Below are positions 56,755 through 64,000 of a stretch of 64,000 nt of DNA, piece by piece. The notes below the pieces were generated by a model. It ran no database searches, was not told the origin of the DNA, and saw nothing but the letters and a program-made list of their open reading frames with translations. Each line of letters starts with the position of its first letter. Position 1 is the stretch's first letter. Both the position numbers and the translations under genes were made by a program. Origin of the DNA: Novosphingobium sp. (lineage in GTDB: Bacteria; Pseudomonadota; Alphaproteobacteria; Sphingomonadales; Sphingomonadaceae); contig NZ_JAYRKX010000014.1 in the NCBI RefSeq assembly GCF_041905565.1, positions 19,041 through 83,040 on the forward strand, given 5' to 3'.

Positions 56755-58692
56755 ATGGGCCGGACCGAACTGACCCTGCGCGGAATCGTGCTGGGCGCCG
56801 TGCTGACCGTGCTGTTCACGGCAGCCAACGTCTATCTCGGCCTCAAGATCGGGCTGACCTTCGCCACCTCAATCCCGGCGGCGGTAATTTCGATGGCGGT
56901 GCTCAAGGCCTTTTCCGGCACCACCATCCAGGAAAACAACATCGTCCAGACCATCGCCAGTTCGGCGGGGACGCTTTCGGCGATCATCTTTGTCCTGCCG
57001 GGGCTGGTGATGATCGGCTGGTGGCAGGGCTTTCCCTACTGGCAGTCGGTCGCGGTGATCGCGGTCGGCGGCATCCTGGGCGTGATGTATTCGGTCCCGC
57101 TGCGCCGCGCGCTGGTGACGGGATCGGACCTGCCCTATCCCGAAGGCGTTGCGGCAGCCGAAGTGCTGAAAGTCGGCGCAGGCGTCGGCGGGGCGGAGGA
57201 GAACCGCAAGGGCCTCGCCGCGATCGTCCTTGGCACCATGCTGTCGGCTGGCTACACCCTGCTCGCCAAGATGAAGCTGGTGGCCGAGGAGGCCGGCACC
57301 GCCGTCAAGCTGGGCAGCGGCGCGACCGCCTTTTCAACCAGTTTCTCGCTGGCGCTGATCGGTGTCGGGCACCTGGTCGGCATGGCAGTGGGCGCGGCGA
57401 TGCTGGTTGGCCTTGCCGTCGGCTGGCTGGTGCTGCTGCCGCAGTTTACGGTTGGCGGTCCGCCGGCCGGAACCGAACTCGCTGATTTCGTCTCCGCCAC
57501 GTTCCGCAGCCAGGTTCGCTTTGTCGGCGCGGGCACGATCGGCGTTGCCGCGATCTGGACGCTGCTGAAAATGATCGGGCCAATCTCGCGCGGCATTGCC
57601 GGGGCGCTGCGCGCGGCGCAGGTGCGCAAGCAAGGGCAAGGTGATAGCCTGGACATCACCGAACGCGACCTGCCGATTGGGGTGATCGGTGGCTCGATCC
57701 TGCTGGCGATGGTCCCCATCGGGCTGCTGCTGCTGGGCTTTGCCCGCGGCGGCCCGATCGAGGCGCACCTTGGCACCACCATCGCCCTGTCGATTGGCTA
57801 CGTGCTGCTGGCGGGCGTGGTGATCGCTTCGGTCTGCGGTTACATGGCTGGGCTGATCGGGGCATCGAACAGCCCGATTTCCGGAGTTGGCATCCTGGCC
57901 AGCCTGGGCATCGCGCTGGTCCTGGCCATGCTGTTCGGCCAGGGCGGCGATCCCGCTGCGACCAGGGCGCTGGTCGCCTTTGCGTTGTTCGTCACGGCCA
58001 TCGTGTTTGGCGTGGCGACCATTTCCAACGACAACCTCCAGGACCTCAAGACCGGGCAACTGGTCGGCGCGACGCCGTGGAAGCAGCAGGTCGCGCTGGT
58101 GCTGGGGGTGGTGTTCGGCGCGCTGGTGATCCCGCCGGTGCTGGGCCTGCTCAACGCCACGTTCGGCTTCCAGGGCGCGCCCGGCGCGGGTGAGAACGCG
58201 CTGGCCGCGCCGCAGGCCGCGCTGATCACCGCGATCGCGCAGGGCGTGCTGGGCGGCAACCTTGACTGGAACCTGATCGGCCTTGGCGCGGCCATCGGTG
58301 CGGGCGTGATCGCCATTGATGAGGCGCTGCGCCGCTCGGGCCGGGGCAGCCTGCCGCCGCTGGCGGTGGGCATGGGCATCTACCTGCCGATGGGGCTGAC
58401 CCTGCTGATCCCGCTCGGCGCGATCTGCGGCCACCTGTACGACAAGTGGGCTGCGCGCCAAGCCGACCCGGCCTTTGCCGAACGCATGGGCGTGCTGGCG
58501 GCGACCGGGTTGATCGTGGGCGAAAGCCTGTTCGGCGTGGCCTTTGCCGGGATTGCGGCCGCCACCGGCAATGCCGAGGCGCTGGCCGTGGTCGAGGAGA
58601 ACGCCTGGGCCGCGCCGCTAGGCATGGCGGTGTTCGCGCTGGCGGTGGGCGGGCTCTATGCCCGCACACGGCGAGCGGCGGCCTCGACCTAA
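56755..58692 (+). CDS. OPT family oligopeptide transporter
   Basis: 645 aa with about 16 TM segments. 'ELTLRGIVLGAVLTVLFTAANVYLGLKIGLTF' is the typical OPT N-terminus. Confidence 0.86.
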   Translation: MGRTELTLRGIVLGAVLTVLFTAANVYLGLKIGLTFATSIPAAVISMAVLKAFSGTTIQENNIVQTIASSAGTLSAIIFVLPGLVMIGWWQGFPYWQSVAVIAVGGILGVMYSVPLRRALVTGSDLPYPEGVAAAEVLKVGAGVGGAEENRKGLAAIVLGTMLSAGYTLLAKMKLVAEEAGTAVKLGSGATAFSTSFSLALIGVGHLVGMAVGAAMLVGLAVGWLVLLPQFTVGGPPAGTELADFVSATFRSQVRFVGAGTIGVAAIWTLLKMIGPISRGIAGALRAAQVRKQGQGDSLDITERDLPIGVIGGSILLAMVPIGLLLLGFARGGPIEAHLGTTIALSIGYVLLAGVVIASVCGYMAGLIGASNSPISGVGILASLGIALVLAMLFGQGGDPAATRALVAFALFVTAIVFGVATISNDNLQDLKTGQLVGATPWKQQVALVLGVVFGALVIPPVLGLLNATFGFQGAPGAGENALAAPQAALITAIAQGVLGGNLDWNLIGLGAAIGAGVIAIDEALRRSGRGSLPPLAVGMGIYLPMGLTLLIPLGAICGHLYDKWAARQADPAFAERMGVLAATGLIVGESLFGVAFAGIAAATGNAEALAVVEENAWAAPLGMAVFALAVGGLYARTRRAAAST

Positions 58693-58699
58693 GGGCGGT

Positions 58700-59059
58700 C
58701 TACTTGTTGTTGACCACCCGGCGCACGCAGCGCAGCCGTCCGGGCTGCCCATCCGCGCCGATTTCGCGCAGGAAATTGGCGGACAGGCGGGTGAAATTGT
58801 GTCCCTGGCGGGGGCCGCTGGTGAACACCACCCGATCGCCGGTCAGCAGATAGGTGCCGCGCACGCCTTCAGCGGTATAGCTGGACGAATTGATCACGGT
58901 GAAATCGCGGTGCGGTTGGCGCAGCCCGGCCGGTCCCGTGGCATCGCCGGGCAATTCGCAGACATAGGTGCCCTGCTGCAAGGTATCGATCGGCCCTCCC
59001 GGGGTGGCCAGGGCAGGTCCGGCGGCCAGCACGGCCAGGGCGATGAAGCGCTTTGTCAT
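58700..59059 (-). CDS. Hypothetical secreted protein
   Basis: 119 aa with signal peptide '[18 protein letters not shown]' and two Cys residues. No recognised domain; good GC3 bias. Confidence 0.55.
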   Translation of the reverse strand: MTKRFIALAVLAAGPALATPGGPIDTLQQGTYVCELPGDATGPAGLRQPHRDFTVINSSSYTAEGVRGTYLLTGDRVVFTSGPRQGHNFTRLSANFLREIGADGQPGRLRCVRRVVNNK

Positions 59060-59195
59060 GGTGGTCCCCTTGCAGGGTGCGCGCTTAGCAGGAACTGAAC
59101 GCGCGCGCCACAGCGCTTGCCGGATCGGCGCTGAGGCGCTAAGGGCCCGCCTTTCCGATTACGGTCGGCTCTTTCTCAACCTCGAAGGCATCCCC

Positions 59196-59762
59196 ATGGC
59201 GAAGATCAGCGGCGTGGACATCCGTCCCGGCAACATCCTGGAATACGAAAAGGGCATCTGGAAGGTCGCCAAGACCCAGCACACCCAGCCGGGCAAGGGC
59301 GGCGCCTTCATGCAGGTCGAGATGAAGAACCTGATCGACGGCCGCAAGACCAACGTCCGCTTCCGCAGCGCCGACACGGTCGAAAAGGTCCGGCTCGACA
59401 CAAAGGACTTCCAGTTCCTTTACGTCGAAGGCGACGACCTGGTGTTCATGGACGTCGAAACCTACGACCAGATCACGCTGCCCAAGGACCTGCTGGGCGG
59501 GGCCGACGCCTTCCTGCAGGACGGCATGACCGTGCTGCTCGAAATGTATGACGAACGCCCGATTTCGGTGCAGCTGCCTGAACAGGTCGAAGCCACCATC
59601 GTCGAAGCCGACGCCGTGGTGAAGGGGCAGACCGCCTCGTCCAGCTACAAGCCCGCGATCCTCGACAATGGCGTGCGCGTGATGGTGCCGCCGCACATTG
59701 AAAGCGGTACGCGCATCGTCGTCGACGTGTACGAACGCACTTACGTCCGCAAGGCTGATTGA
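59196..59762 (+). CDS. efp: Elongation factor P
   Basis: 188 aa from '[24 protein letters not shown]...[15 protein letters not shown]'. The track ORF is 76 codons too long. Confidence 0.95.
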   Translation: MAKISGVDIRPGNILEYEKGIWKVAKTQHTQPGKGGAFMQVEMKNLIDGRKTNVRFRSADTVEKVRLDTKDFQFLYVEGDDLVFMDVETYDQITLPKDLLGGADAFLQDGMTVLLEMYDERPISVQLPEQVEATIVEADAVVKGQTASSSYKPAILDNGVRVMVPPHIESGTRIVVDVYERTYVRKAD

Positions 59763-59771
59763 GGACCTGAC

Positions 59772-60593
59772 ATGGCAGTCCTGTCCGGCTTGATCCGTGT
59801 GATGGAAAAGGCCGCCCGCAAGGCGGGTGGCCGCCTGCGCCGCGACTTTGGCGAGGTCGAGCACCTCCAGGTCAGCCGCAAGGGGCCGGCCGACTTCGTG
59901 TCGAAGGCCGACCAGCACGCCGAACGCACCCTGTGGGACGAGCTGCGCGCCGCGCGGCCGGACTGGGGCTTTCTGATGGAGGAAGCCGGGGAGATCGAAG
60001 GGGCGCCGGGCAAGCCGCGCTTCATTGTCGATCCGCTCGACGGGACCAGCAACTTCCTTCACGGCATCCCGCACTTCGCGATTTCGATCGCGGTGCAGGA
60101 ACCCAAGCTGGATGGTTCGGGCTGGGGCGAAGTGACCGCCGCGCTGGTTTACCAGCCGGTCACCGACGAAAGCTTCTGGGCCGAAAAGACCCGCGGCGCC
60201 TGGCTGCATGACCGCCGCCTGCGCGTGTCCTCGCGACGCCATCTCGATGAAAGCCTGATCGCCACCGGCATCCCCTTTGCCGGGCGCGGCGACAGCGTGG
60301 AATGGACACGGATCTATGGGGCTCTGGCCCCCAGCGTGGCGGGCATCCGCCGCTTCGGCGCGGCCTCGCTCGATCTCGCCTGGGTTGCCGCGGGCCGCTA
60401 CGAAGGCTTCTGGGAAAGCGGCCTGGCGCCGTGGGATACGGCCGCCGGCTGCCTGCTGGTGCGCGAAGCGGGCGGGTTCGTGACCGACTGGCGCGGCATT
60501 TCGCAGCCGGTCTGCGATGCCCAGGTGCTGGCCGGCAACGATGCGCTGCATTCGCGCCTGCACAAGGCGCTGGTCGGCGCGCTCAAGAAGTAA
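59772..60593 (+). CDS. suhB: Inositol monophosphatase family protein (SuhB-like)
   Basis: 273 aa with a GAGGA RBS. 'FIVDPLDGTSNFLHG' and 'WDTAAG' IMPase motifs. Confidence 0.9.
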   Translation: MAVLSGLIRVMEKAARKAGGRLRRDFGEVEHLQVSRKGPADFVSKADQHAERTLWDELRAARPDWGFLMEEAGEIEGAPGKPRFIVDPLDGTSNFLHGIPHFAISIAVQEPKLDGSGWGEVTAALVYQPVTDESFWAEKTRGAWLHDRRLRVSSRRHLDESLIATGIPFAGRGDSVEWTRIYGALAPSVAGIRRFGAASLDLAWVAAGRYEGFWESGLAPWDTAAGCLLVREAGGFVTDWRGISQPVCDAQVLAGNDALHSRLHKALVGALKK

Positions 60594-60681
60594 CCGCCGC
60601 CAATCGGCGGGCGCGTTAGCCGAATCTTAGGCATGCCCGGCAATACTTGGCGCACCACCGCCGCATTGCCGAGGCTTGCCG

Positions 60682-60981
60682 ATGTCCGCCCTGCTGCTTG
60701 CCCAGACGCTTGCCACGATTGCGCTTCCGGCCGCGCCGTTGCTGGACCTGCCCGATCATGGCTACGAGTTGCCGGCCGCGCCGCCGCGCGTGCCGCCGGC
60801 TGAGCGCAGCCGCGACGAGGCGCTGCCCCGGCTCGATCCCGGGCGTTTCCCGGTCGGTTTCGTCCCGCCCTCGAAAAGCTGGGGCGAGGAGGGCGGTCCG
60901 GTGCTCGAAGTCGCCGCCCTCGGGGCCGGGCGCAAGGGCACGCCCAAGGTGGTGCACATGTCGCTTGGCTGGGATTTCTGA
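60682..60981 (+). CDS. Hypothetical protein (Pro-rich, weakly supported)
   Basis: 99 aa. ATG preceded by GAGG at 7 nt. GC3 bias is consistent with coding, but no domain is recognised. Confidence 0.35.
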   Translation: MSALLLAQTLATIALPAAPLLDLPDHGYELPAAPPRVPPAERSRDEALPRLDPGRFPVGFVPPSKSWGEEGGPVLEVAALGAGRKGTPKVVHMSLGWDF

Positions 60982-60990
60982 ACCCGGTGC

Positions 60991-61019
60991 TTGAACACGG
61001 CGGACGGGCGGTCTAAGCG
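60991..61019 (+). promoter_or_regulatory. Putative sigma70 promoter of tRNA-Leu
   Basis: TTGAAC (60991..60996), 17 nt, TAAGCG (61014..61019), located 18 nt upstream of the tRNA 5' end. Confidence 0.35.
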
Positions 61020-61037
61020 GCTCTTCCGCGCGGGATT

Positions 61038-61121
61038 GCCCCTGTGGTGGAATGGTAGACGCGACCGACTCAAAATCGGTTGGAGAGATCCGTGCCAGTT
61101 CGAGTCTGGCCAGGGGCACCA
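61038..61121 (+). tRNA. tRNA-Leu (anticodon CAA)
   Basis: GCCCCTGTGGTGGAATGGTAGAC...ACCGACTCAAAATCGGT, a long variable arm, then GTTCGAGTC...CAGGGGCACCA. Confidence 0.92.
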
Positions 61122-61163
61122 AGCCGATTGCGGCGCGGCGACAAGCGGCCTAGCCTGCCGCGC

Positions 61164-62489
61164 ATGACCAAGCCCCTGATCCGCATCGCCGCCGCGCTTG
61201 CCGCGCTGACCGCCGCCCCCGCCATGGCCCGCGATGGGCTGGCCGACCAGATCCAGGGCGACCTGCCCGGCCTGATGACGATCTACCGCGACCTGCACCA
61301 GAACCCGGAGCTGAGCTTTCAGGAAGTGCGCTCGGCCAGGATCATGGCCGATGCCGCGCGGAAAGCCGGGTTTGATGTGACCGAAGGCGTCGGCAAGACC
61401 GGCGTGGTCGCGGTGCTGCGCAACGGCGCCGGACCGACGGTGCTGATCCGCGCCGACATGGACGGCCTGCCGGTGGTCGAGCAGACCGGCCTGGCTTTTG
61501 CCTCCAAGGCGCGCGGGACTTCCACCGCCGGGGTGGAAAGCGGGATCATGCATGCCTGCGGGCACGATACCCACATGACCGCCTGGATCGAGGTGGCCCG
61601 CCTGATGGCCGCGCACAAGGACCGCTGGCAGGGTACCCTGGTGATGATCGGCCAACCGGCCGAGGAGATAAATCAGGGCGCTTTGGCAATGCTTAAGGAC
61701 GGATTGTTCACGCGCTTTCCCAAGCCTGATCATGCCCTGGCCTTCCATGACACGGCGGACCTCGCCTCGGGCGTGATCGGGGTGCGCCCCGGCTTTGCCC
61801 TGGCCAATGTCGACAGCGTCGACGTGACGGTAAAGGGGCTGGGCGGGCACGGCGCCTATCCGCAGACCACCCGCGATCCGATCGTGCTGGCCAGCGCCAT
61901 CGTCATGCGGCTGCAAACCCTGGTCAGCCGCGAATCGAGCCCGTTCGATCCTTCGGTGGTGACGGTCGGCGCGTTCCACGGCGGGGCAAAGCACAACATC
62001 ATTCCCGATGAAGTGAAGCTGCAGCTGACCGTCCGGTCCTATTCCGACGAATCGCGCAAGCTGCTGCTCGACGGGATCAAGCGGATCGCGATGGGCGAGG
62101 CGCTCGCCTCGGGCATGCCGCAGGACCGGATGCCGGAAGTCACCGTCGATCCGGTTCCCGCCAAGGCGACCTGGAACACGCCGGCCTTTACCGAACGGAT
62201 GGGCACGTTCTTCCGTGCCCGGTTCGGCGCGGCGCGCGTCGCCGATGTGCCCCCGGCGATGGCGGGCGAGGATTTCGGCGAATTCGCCCGCGCCGATGGC
62301 AATCGCATCAATTCGCTGATTTTCTGGGTTGGCGGCCGCCCGGCCGAGGTGATCGAGAGCGCCAAGCGCGATGGCAAGCTGCTCCACGGCCTCCACAGCC
62401 CGTTCTGGGCGCCCGAGGCGGACAAGGTGATCGCCAGCGCCAGTGAAGCGCTGACTGCGGCGGCGATGGAACTGATGCCGCGCAAGTGA
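61164..62489 (+). CDS. M20 family amidohydrolase / peptidase (hippurate hydrolase-like), secreted
   Basis: 441 aa from 'MTKPLIRIAAALAALTAAPAMA'. 'MHACGHDTH' metal-binding motif. Confidence 0.88.
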   Translation: MTKPLIRIAAALAALTAAPAMARDGLADQIQGDLPGLMTIYRDLHQNPELSFQEVRSARIMADAARKAGFDVTEGVGKTGVVAVLRNGAGPTVLIRADMDGLPVVEQTGLAFASKARGTSTAGVESGIMHACGHDTHMTAWIEVARLMAAHKDRWQGTLVMIGQPAEEINQGALAMLKDGLFTRFPKPDHALAFHDTADLASGVIGVRPGFALANVDSVDVTVKGLGGHGAYPQTTRDPIVLASAIVMRLQTLVSRESSPFDPSVVTVGAFHGGAKHNIIPDEVKLQLTVRSYSDESRKLLLDGIKRIAMGEALASGMPQDRMPEVTVDPVPAKATWNTPAFTERMGTFFRARFGAARVADVPPAMAGEDFGEFARADGNRINSLIFWVGGRPAEVIESAKRDGKLLHGLHSPFWAPEADKVIASASEALTAAAMELMPRK

Positions 62490-62500
62490 CTTTCCGTTTT

Positions 62501-62515
62501 TGCGAATAATTCGCA
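62501..62515. promoter_or_regulatory. Perfect 7-1-7 palindrome TGCGAAT-A-ATTCGCA (Fur-family-style operator candidate)
   Basis: Located 111 nt upstream of the rubrerythrin ATG in an AT-rich spacer. The geometry matches the 7-1-7 Fur/PerR/Zur box form (TGATAATnATTATCA, TCGTAATnATTACGA). Confidence 0.35.
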
Positions 62516-62546
62516 GGAATTTGATCGATTTTGCCGATTATCGCTC

Positions 62547-62559
62547 GCGGAATTTCCGC
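62547..62559. promoter_or_regulatory. Second palindrome GCGGAA-T-TTCCGC upstream of rubrerythrin
   Basis: Perfect 6-1-6 inverted repeat 67 nt upstream of the rubrerythrin start codon. Confidence 0.25.
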
Positions 62560-62625
62560 ATGGCCTTGGCTGCAGGCGGGGCGCATCTAAGCATGGTCGG
62601 ATTCACCCCAACCAGGAGAGATACA

Positions 62626-63051
62626 ATGGGACTCAAGGGCTCCAAGACCGAAGAAAACCTGAAGGCTGCTTTCGCTGGTGAAAGCCAGGCCAACCGCCGT
62701 TACCTGTACTTCGCACAGAAGGCCGATATCGAAGGCCACAACGACGTTGCAGCCGTGTTCCGCTCGACCGCGGAAGGCGAAACCGGCCACGCTCACGGCC
62801 ACCTCGAATACCTCGAAGAATGCGGCGATCCGGCCACCGGCGAACCGATCGGTGACACTGTCGCGAACCTGAAGGCGTCGATCGCCGGCGAAACCCACGA
62901 ATACACCGACATGTATCCGGGCATGGCCAAGACCGCGCGCGACGAAGGCTTCGACGAAATCGCCGACTGGTTCGAAACCCTGGCCAAGGCTGAAAAGAGC
63001 CACGCCGGCAAGTTCCAGAAGACGCTCGACGCCCTGCTCGCCGACGCGTAA
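62626..63051 (+). CDS. Rubrerythrin family protein (diiron four-helix bundle, no rubredoxin domain)
   Basis: 141 aa with an AGGAG RBS. '[23 protein letters not shown]', '[10 protein letters not shown]', '[13 protein letters not shown]', 'AEKSHAGKF' (ExxH diiron ligands). Confidence 0.88.
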   Translation: MGLKGSKTEENLKAAFAGESQANRRYLYFAQKADIEGHNDVAAVFRSTAEGETGHAHGHLEYLEECGDPATGEPIGDTVANLKASIAGETHEYTDMYPGMAKTARDEGFDEIADWFETLAKAEKSHAGKFQKTLDALLADA

Positions 63052-63058
63052 CCGATTG

Positions 63059-63095
63059 AGGGCGACTGTTGCGATTTAGCCGTAACAGTCGCCCT
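63059..63095 (+). terminator. Perfect 12-bp stem hairpin between rubrerythrin and the Fe-S protein gene (terminator or attenuator)
   Basis: AGGGCGACTGTT, 13-nt loop, AACAGTCGCCCT, followed by the AT-rich TAATGTATTGAAAATT. Confidence 0.5.
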
Positions 63096-63133
63096 TAATG
63101 TATTGAAAATTCAGATAATCAAGGGAATCAGCA

Positions 63134-64000
63134 ATGGAAGGCAGCCTGGAAGCACCCGTGCGCCACCCGATCCCGTGGCAGGATGAATCGTGGTACGACG
63201 AAGCCGCGCTCGAAGCCGAGCTGCGCCGCGTCTATGACATCTGCCATGGCTGCCGCCGCTGCTTCAACCTGTGCGACAGCTTCCCGATCCTGTTCGACGC
63301 GATTGACGAGGCGCCGAACGAGGAAGTGGACGATCTGACCCCGGCCCAGCTGGCCAAGGTCGTGGACGCCTGCACCCTGTGCGACATGTGCTTTATGACG
63401 AAGTGCCCCTATGTCCCGCCGCACAGCTTCGATCTCGATTTCCCGCACCTGATGCTGCGCCACCGCGCGGTCCAGCACCGCAAGGGGCAGACCTCGTTCG
63501 CCGACCAGCAGCTTTCGGAAATGGACCGCAACGGACGGCTCGGTTCGATGGCGGCGGGGCTGGCCAACTGGGCGACCAAGGAAGGCAACGGCCTGACCCG
63601 GCCGCTGATGGAAAAGGTCGCCGGGATTGACCGGCGCGCGCATCTGCCGCCGTTCATGGACGTACCGCTGACCAACCAGGCCAACGGTATCATCCCCGCG
63701 CCGAACCCCGATGGCCCCGCTTTCGGCAAGAAAGTGGCAATTTACGCCGGTTGTCACGATAATTTCAACGACGGCACTCCGGGCCTCGCACTTGTAAAGG
63801 TTTTGACTCACAATGGCGTGCGCGTGCGGATCGAACATCCCGATTGCTGCGCCATGCCCAAGTTCGAAAATGGCGACTTGCCCGCCGTGGCGAGCGCGGC
63901 GCAGCGGATTTCCGCGCATTTCGCCCCGCTGGTCGAACAGGGCTGGGACGTGGTCCCGCTGACCACCAGCTGCGCGCTGATGCTGAAGTTCGAATGGCCG
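63134..64000 (+). CDS. (Fe-S)-binding protein, HdrD/GlpC-like (two 4Fe-4S motifs plus a Cys-rich CCG-type domain), 3'-truncated by the window end
   Basis: Open frame from ATG 63134 to the window end (289 codons). It is absent from the ORF track because it has no stop codon in the window. 'CHGCRRCFNLCDSFP' and 'CTLCDMCFMTKCPYVPP' are ferredoxin-type motifs; 'PDCCAMPKF' is a CCG-like motif. Confidence 0.8.
   Translation, partial: MEGSLEAPVRHPIPWQDESWYDEAALEAELRRVYDICHGCRRCFNLCDSFPILFDAIDEAPNEEVDDLTPAQLAKVVDACTLCDMCFMTKCPYVPPHSFDLDFPHLMLRHRAVQHRKGQTSFADQQLSEMDRNGRLGSMAAGLANWATKEGNGLTRPLMEKVAGIDRRAHLPPFMDVPLTNQANGIIPAPNPDGPAFGKKVAIYAGCHDNFNDGTPGLALVKVLTHNGVRVRIEHPDCCAMPKFENGDLPAVASAAQRISAHFAPLVEQGWDVVPLTTSCALMLKFEWP

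Overview
The window is a GC-rich alphaproteobacterial chromosome segment. Gene content and order look Sphingomonadales-like: yajC-secDF, ffs-dnaX-ybaB, lon-hupB, mfd/sdhE/recG, ssrS-zapA next to tkt-gap-pgk-fba-thiE, plus sciP and an NDUFS4-like gene. It is dense, mostly housekeeping DNA. I support 59 protein-coding genes, 5 tRNAs (Pro-GGG, Asn-GTT, Pro-CGG, Asp-GTC, Leu-CAA) and 2 small RNAs that the ORF track cannot show: SRP/4.5S RNA upstream of dnaX and 6S RNA between zapA and the 5-formyl-THF cyclo-ligase gene. I also list several promoters, terminators and palindromic elements read directly from the sequence. Many long ORFs in the track are antisense shadow ORFs of real genes, as expected at this GC content, or N-terminally over-extended versions of them; I corrected the starts where a start codon, RBS or homology-typical N-terminus supports it. 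I found no CRISPR array, IS element, integrase, prophage or obvious foreign island, and I cannot point to a convincingly novel multi-gene system. The best candidates for a second look are: (1) a phage-free CI/Cro-like divergent regulator pair (XRE-S24 repressor plus a DUF6456-like protein) translationally coupled to a GT4 glycosyltransferase; (2) a rubrerythrin / HdrD-GlpC-like Fe-S protein cluster, cut by the window end, preceded by a Fur-family-style 7-1-7 palindrome; (3) an eRF1-like 'host attachment' family gene inserted in the mfd-sdhE/recG locus; (4) an 80-bp palindromic element inside the branched-chain keto-acid dehydrogenase operon; (5) a shared promoter architecture on the tRNA genes, a sigma32-type lon promoter and a CtrA-like box upstream of sciP. 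All functional calls rest on motif recognition by eye and remembered family knowledge; no searches were run.
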